From the NCBI RefSeq assembly GCF_009914755.1, contig NC_060929.1: a stretch of 64,000 nt of DNA; one strand, 5' to 3'. This DNA comes from the human T2T-CHM13v2.0 reference genome, Homo sapiens. Below, piece after piece: positions 54,661 through 64,000 of the stretch. Positions within the stretch are counted from its first letter, which is position 1. The number at the start of each line of letters is the position of its first letter. A model generated the notes under the pieces. That model made no database searches, had not been told where the DNA came from, and saw nothing but the letters and a program-made list of their open reading frames with translations. The translations under genes and the position numbers were made by a program.

Positions 54661-56032
54661 GTATTTTCATAGTTACATTGAGTGTGTCTACCTCTCCTGA
54701 CTCCCTTCCACTTCTTCTGCTTCTGCCAGTCCTGAGACAGTAAGACCAACTCCTCCCTCCCCTTTCTCTTCCACAGTCTGCTCAATGTGAGGGTGGTGAG
54801 GATGAAGATCTTTACGATACACTCCCACTTAATAAATGATAAATGTATTTTCTTTTCCTTATGATTTTCTTAATAGCCTTAGCTTTTTTCTAGCTTCATT
54901 GTAATACAATACAGTATATAATGCATATAACATTCAAAATGTGTGTTAAGTGACAATTATGTTATTGGCAAGACTCCTGGCCAACAGTATGCTATTGAGA
55001 GTTAAGTTGTTGGGGAATCAAAAGTTGTGCTCACATTTTCCACTGTGCAAGGCTTGGCACACATTTTTCAAGGCAACCCTAACCTCCACATTGTTCAAGG
55101 GTAATTCTATTTGAATGACTTCAAGAGTTTGCTGAGCTTTTGAATAAGAGTTCTTTAAAAATCCCCCTTGATAATAAGGAACATACTTTGTAATAAATGT
55201 ATCATATCTTGGGGGTAAGTCACTTATTTTGTTCCCTAAGGGCATTTTGTTTCATGTTCTCTCCTTTATGTGTGTGCGTGTATCTTTATATATATATTTA
55301 TAAATATACATATGTTTATATGTATATAAATATAGATTTTTAATTTTATTTTATGGCCACTGTATATAGCTGTACAGAGCTCAGGGAGGCAGCACTTGCA
55401 TGTGCATATGTGTTATGATAGTTTTCAAGGAAATGGAAGTAAACTTGAGGCAAAGAAGAGACAAGCATTTTTTCAATTTAATTAGAGGCACCATTTAGGT
55501 TAGGAAATTTTATTTGTTATTTGATTATTTAAAAATTATTATAACATTTTTATTAGATTTCTTTCATACTATATATATTCTTCTTGAAATATATTAGTGT
55601 TGAACTTTTGATTGTTACTAATAAACTAAAAGTTTTAAGAGTAGAGTATGTGTCTTACTTGCCTCTTCTTTCCCTGAAACATTAGGCATAGCAACCTGCT
55701 TGCTGTAAGAATATAAAAATAAAAATAAACTTAATGGAGTCAAATGGAATTGAAATTGGAATTGATAAAGTAGAGAAAGCAGGATCTAAGAGTACCTAAA
55801 AGTCAAAAGCACCAGCAAATATCTTTCAGAATCACAGCAAATTTTCTCAACTCTGAAATATTATTTTGGATGATGTATCTAAGTTATCAATGACCTGATA
55901 TGAATTAGCATGAGGAAGACAAAGACATAAGACATCAGGGTATCATTCTTCTGACCATAGTTGTTTCTTGCATTCCTCAGAAATATCTTAGTTTTTCTAT
56001 CTTCTTTGTATTTATAATATATACTGGAGTTG

Positions 56033-56325
<293 letters not shown>

Positions 56326-56436
56326 TCTTATCCTCATGAATTCAGGTTACTCATGGTGAATGTGTTCCAAGTTTTCAATTCAATAATTTACCATTTGAGG
56401 GTGGTTATTGTATGTTCTTGGCTATGCTAACAGGAC

Positions 56437-58711
<2,275 letters not shown>

Positions 58712-58998
58712 AAGTTAATCTGAAATCAAATAATCCTCATAAATAATGTTTTAACTTTTTCTTTACCAAAATATTTTGAAAGATTCCTTTATTTTCACTA
58801 TAAAGTAGTATTTATATCATTTGAATGGAGATCTGTGAATAGGTAAAATTGACTTTCACTTTTTAAGTTTACCAAAAAAAAAAAAAGAAAAAAAAGAGTA
58901 GTTAAACACTGGTTCTTTTCCAAAGCTACCTCATTCTTCCCTTTCCTACATGGAACCCTGAAGAGGAGAGCCAACTGACACTCCACAGTCAGTAGCTG

Positions 58999-60337
<1,339 letters not shown>

Positions 60338-61880
60338 TCACTTTGCAAATTGTGTGATCCAACCCTAGTCTGCCCCACTCTATGGACTAGAACCACTTCC
60401 ATCACTTAGGTGACTCAGGCCATTGGTTCCCCACACAAGGCATTTCTGTAATAATGAAATAATGAACTTCATTTTTTGGCAGATTTTTAAAAAGTAAAGT
60501 CTATAAATTTATATATATTTTTATATATTTATATTTTCTTATACAAATATACACATATATATGTTTGTTTTCAAATTACCTTTGTGTGCCTGGCAGAGAT
60601 ATTTTCGGACCGGAATTAAATAGGGAATTTTCCACAAGTAACACTTTTCTATATGCAGCAAAGGTTTGTTTTCAGTTCCAGCAACCATATACATTTTATT
60701 CTACATTCACATTCTATTGAGGCCAATGTGCTTTCTGATGTAGGACACTGTAGTGGACTGAACTCTTTCAAGCCTGACAAACAGTAGTTTGGTATAGTTG
60801 GAAGATCTCATTTAGCTTTGGCAGGTTAGGGAGTCCAGGGCTAAGAGAATTCTCCTAAATTCTTGGCTGAAATATTTCTGTTACTTAATTGCACATTTGT
60901 TCTTTCCCTAAATTTAGAGATTAAGTTTACTCCCTGGGAACTGCATCTTAAGTTAGTAACAAGTAGAACTTCATCATCTAATATTTTCTTCTATTTTATT
61001 AGGTCAAGGACTTTCTATCCTGATAAAAATATACAGTTTCATTATGCTCCTTTTTAGATATTTTGCTTTCATAATTTGGTTGCGTGTGAGGATATCTGTG
61101 TCTTTTATTAATACTGCTTACCCATGAGTTTCTCAAGTTGCAATTTTACAGAGTGCACGAGGTCGGCTGACAATTGAGTTGTGGGCATGCTACAAGCATC
61201 TTTAGTTGCCTTTTTCATCATGTCAACTGGAACAAACAATTTCTCTGTCTTGAAAAAAGACAACTTGTCATGGACCTGAATGATGGCTGATGATAGCCAC
61301 AGTCACAGAGATGAACAAATGATGCAGCCTCTGTAATAACTCCAACTACTCAGAATAATTTGAAAATTGCTTCAGTTATAATACTTTGCTTTTCAAATGT
61401 CATTCTTTGATGTAAATATTCATAACCACAGATCCTCAAAGAACCAAAAAGGCTTAATAACCCAAGTGAAAAAAGGGTAATGATTTCACAACCATGTAAA
61501 ATTCAGTACAATGGATACAGTTTAATGTACAATAGAATACAGATTGTCGAAGTTTTTTGTGAAATAAGTCCTCCACACTCCACCCTCACATTTCTTTCTT
61601 TTTTGTGTTTTCCCTTCTAACTAGCTGTGAGTGATTGTGTGTGTGTGTGCGCCTGGAGAGTGTATCTGGTTTCTGTGTAAGTTGTCCCCAGCTTGTCTGT
61701 ACACAAGGAAGGGATATTAATCTTAGATAATTCCTCAATATTCCATGGTTTCCTTTTCTCAGTCCTTAGCAAAGACAAAACAAAATGAAATAAAAATAGC
61801 TGGAGATCCACAGTCTGCTTTGAGTATGGTCTGCATGTTACCAGCCTCCAGAAGTGCTCCTGCTGATGCTTGCATGTCTT

Positions 61881-61955
61881 TCACGTCTGAGTCGTGAGTC
61901 ACCTTATAAAAGCCTAACATCAAACCACACCGAAAGAAGCCAGCGAAACTCCCCG
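61881..61955 (+). promoter_or_regulatory. Putative promoter/enhancer motif cluster (AP-1, TATA, RUNX)
   Basis: TGAGTCA at 61895-61901, TATAAAAG at 61905-61912, AACCACA at 61923-61929; motif evidence only. Confidence 0.3.
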
Positions 61956-63139
61956 CATAATAGACATGGAGAAAAAAAAGTCATTCTTTCTGTTTGCGTA
62001 AAATGTTTATTTGATTTCTTCCCTTATAGTATGAGGTGATTGGGCAAATTAATCTGTAAATCGCTTCAGGAGCAAACATTCTAATTTTCTTCTAAGAACT
62101 TCTGTTGTTACATAAGAATATCTCATTAAGCTTTACATTTCCAAGAGAACAGGAAGGCAGTAGATGATAACGAAATAGGAAAGAAAAAGATTTCAAAAGT
62201 TATGCTTTTACTAATGAAAATAAGATGTTAAACACACTTTTAAATTAAGCATTTTCTTAAATTTAGGATTCGAGCATCTGTTTGATTTCCTTTCTGGAGG
62301 CTGTTAATGACAATTTCTCCTCTATGAAGAGGCAATGTGAGTGCATTGACATTATTAAACCTGTTAAAGCCTATTGCCTAATTTAGAATTTATCTGGTAA
62401 GCTGATTAAAAGAATAATTTTCCTTTTGACTGGAGTAAATTATATAGAAACTTTTTATCTCTTAGAGTTTTAATATCTTGAGTTTATCATTTTTATTCAA
62501 GAATCTAAAATGGGATGCTTTTTGTAGCCTCAGGCAGAGATATTATATAGCAAGATGAACAGTAAAATCAAAATATTGTCATACATTAAAACCCAACGTG
62601 TTTGAAACTGCTTCATCACCCACGATTCTCCTGAACTAAACATCACAGTGGATTTTAAATTTGTATTCCTTTAAATTCTAATTTGTGATATTCAAATGAA
62701 ACAATTTATTGTATTTTAAACATGCTTTCCTTATTGTTTATTAGGTATTTTTGCAGTATGTTACTAAATATGTTGATAGATTCTTAAGATTTTGCAATGA
62801 GTAAATATTAATGCAGTATGTGTGGTTTTCTTTATCTCCTAAGATTAGACTCCCTTTTAAACTCGTAGATTCCTAAAAAAATCAATTCAAAAATTGTTAT
62901 AATGGTAGACAATGATTTACATGAAAAATATTTGCCCTTTGGCACTATCATTTTACTTCACAAAACGTTAGTGTTGCAGGACGGTGAATCTATATCTACC
63001 TATCTATATTATAAACTTGGTCAAATTTTAATAGATATAGCTATATATAATTTTAACGGTACTGTAAACAGGTATTGATGGAAGAACTTGTAGTTTCGTG
63101 TTCAGTCTGGCTTTCTTTATAACTGGAATAAGGCCATAT

Positions 63140-64000
63140 AAATTTTTATAAATTATGTTATTTTAAATAAGAGGATTTTCCTTGTAGATATAAATCTATT
63201 TCACTACATTCCATTTTTAAGTGTGCCATAATAATTTTGCACCATGACATAAGGAACAATTTTGATACTAATAGACATTTAGTCTATCTCCAAGTTTTTA
63301 AAAAATAGTACAAAAATGCAATGTATTTCTCTTTGTACAAATATTTTTCAAGATATTTTGAGAAAGCATTTCTGAATTTAAAATTATGCAAATTTTAAAC
63401 ATAATACATACTGTGATATTGCTTTCCAAGAGCACTGAACCAATTAATAGTCCTTTGAAATATTCATGAGGGTTTTCTCACGACTTGGCCAATTCTGGAC
63501 TTTATCCAATATGTCAGATGTATCTATTTTTCTTCCTTTATATTTTGCCGTCTGTTGGAGAAAAGTATATAATTATCTTTGCTTTTATTTTCCAGATGGC
63601 ATGTGAGGTTAAATATTTTCAGATGTTTAAAAGTAATTTTGATATTCTGCTGTGTGATTTTCTTGTCCACAAACTTTTCAAGTTGTTTGGTTAAGCTTTA
63701 TCTGGTTTTCTTCTTTCCATTATTTTCCTACACATTCTTTGTTTCTGATATATGCTTTAAATATTTTCCAGCCTGTTATTAGTATTTAAAATTTGTTTCT
63801 GACATATTTTGTAACATAAAAATGTTTAATGTTATGTAAACAAAGGCATCTGTTTCTTTATAATTTCTTCATCTTTTGACTTAAGTGGATCTTCCTTATC
63901 CTAAAATTATAAACATATTATATTTTCTTCCAGTATTTTTAAAGTTTTGTGTTTTATATTTCAGTGTCTGAAATTTATGTGTTATGTGACTAAATACAGG
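63140..64000 (-). mobile_element. Old L1ME-type remnant
   Basis: ATAGACATTTAG.CTATCTCCAAG, ATTGCTTTCCAAGAG and TTTCTGATATATGCTTTAAATATTTTCC motifs of reverse L1M 3' region. Confidence 0.6.

Overview
AT-rich, repeat-dominated primate (human-like) intergenic or intronic DNA. I found no supportable host protein-coding gene, rRNA, tRNA or CRISPR array. Every ORF in the track that I can recognise is decayed L1 ORF1/ORF2, Tigger2 transposase, Alu read-through or GC-rich L1 5'UTR noise. Main contents: a near full-length L1PA13-like LINE (5.76-12.57 kb); 5'-truncated L1PA7-, L1PA6-, L1PA3- and L1PREC2-like copies; 11 Alus plus a FLAM; MaLR/ERV solo LTRs (THE1, MLT1, MER67, MER34, LTR16 and others); a full-length Tigger2; MER8, MER6A and MER3 MITEs; HAL1, L2 and MIR remnants. 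Subfamily names come from remembered consensus features and need RepeatMasker/Dfam confirmation. I see no evidence of a new multi-gene biological system. The most interesting items are (i) an ancient L1MA9-like insertion inside a MER67 LTR that appears to combine a 5' inversion with a 3' transduction polyadenylated at a captured MLT1 AATAAA (26.0-26.84 kb); (ii) an L1PA3-like twin-priming junction forming a 34-bp-arm hairpin and a chimeric 247-aa ORF (59.6-60.3 kb); (iii) a compact GATA/RUNX/ETS motif cluster (30.9 kb); and (iv) an AP-1 + TATA promoter-like site with nearby splice signals (61.1-62.0 kb).
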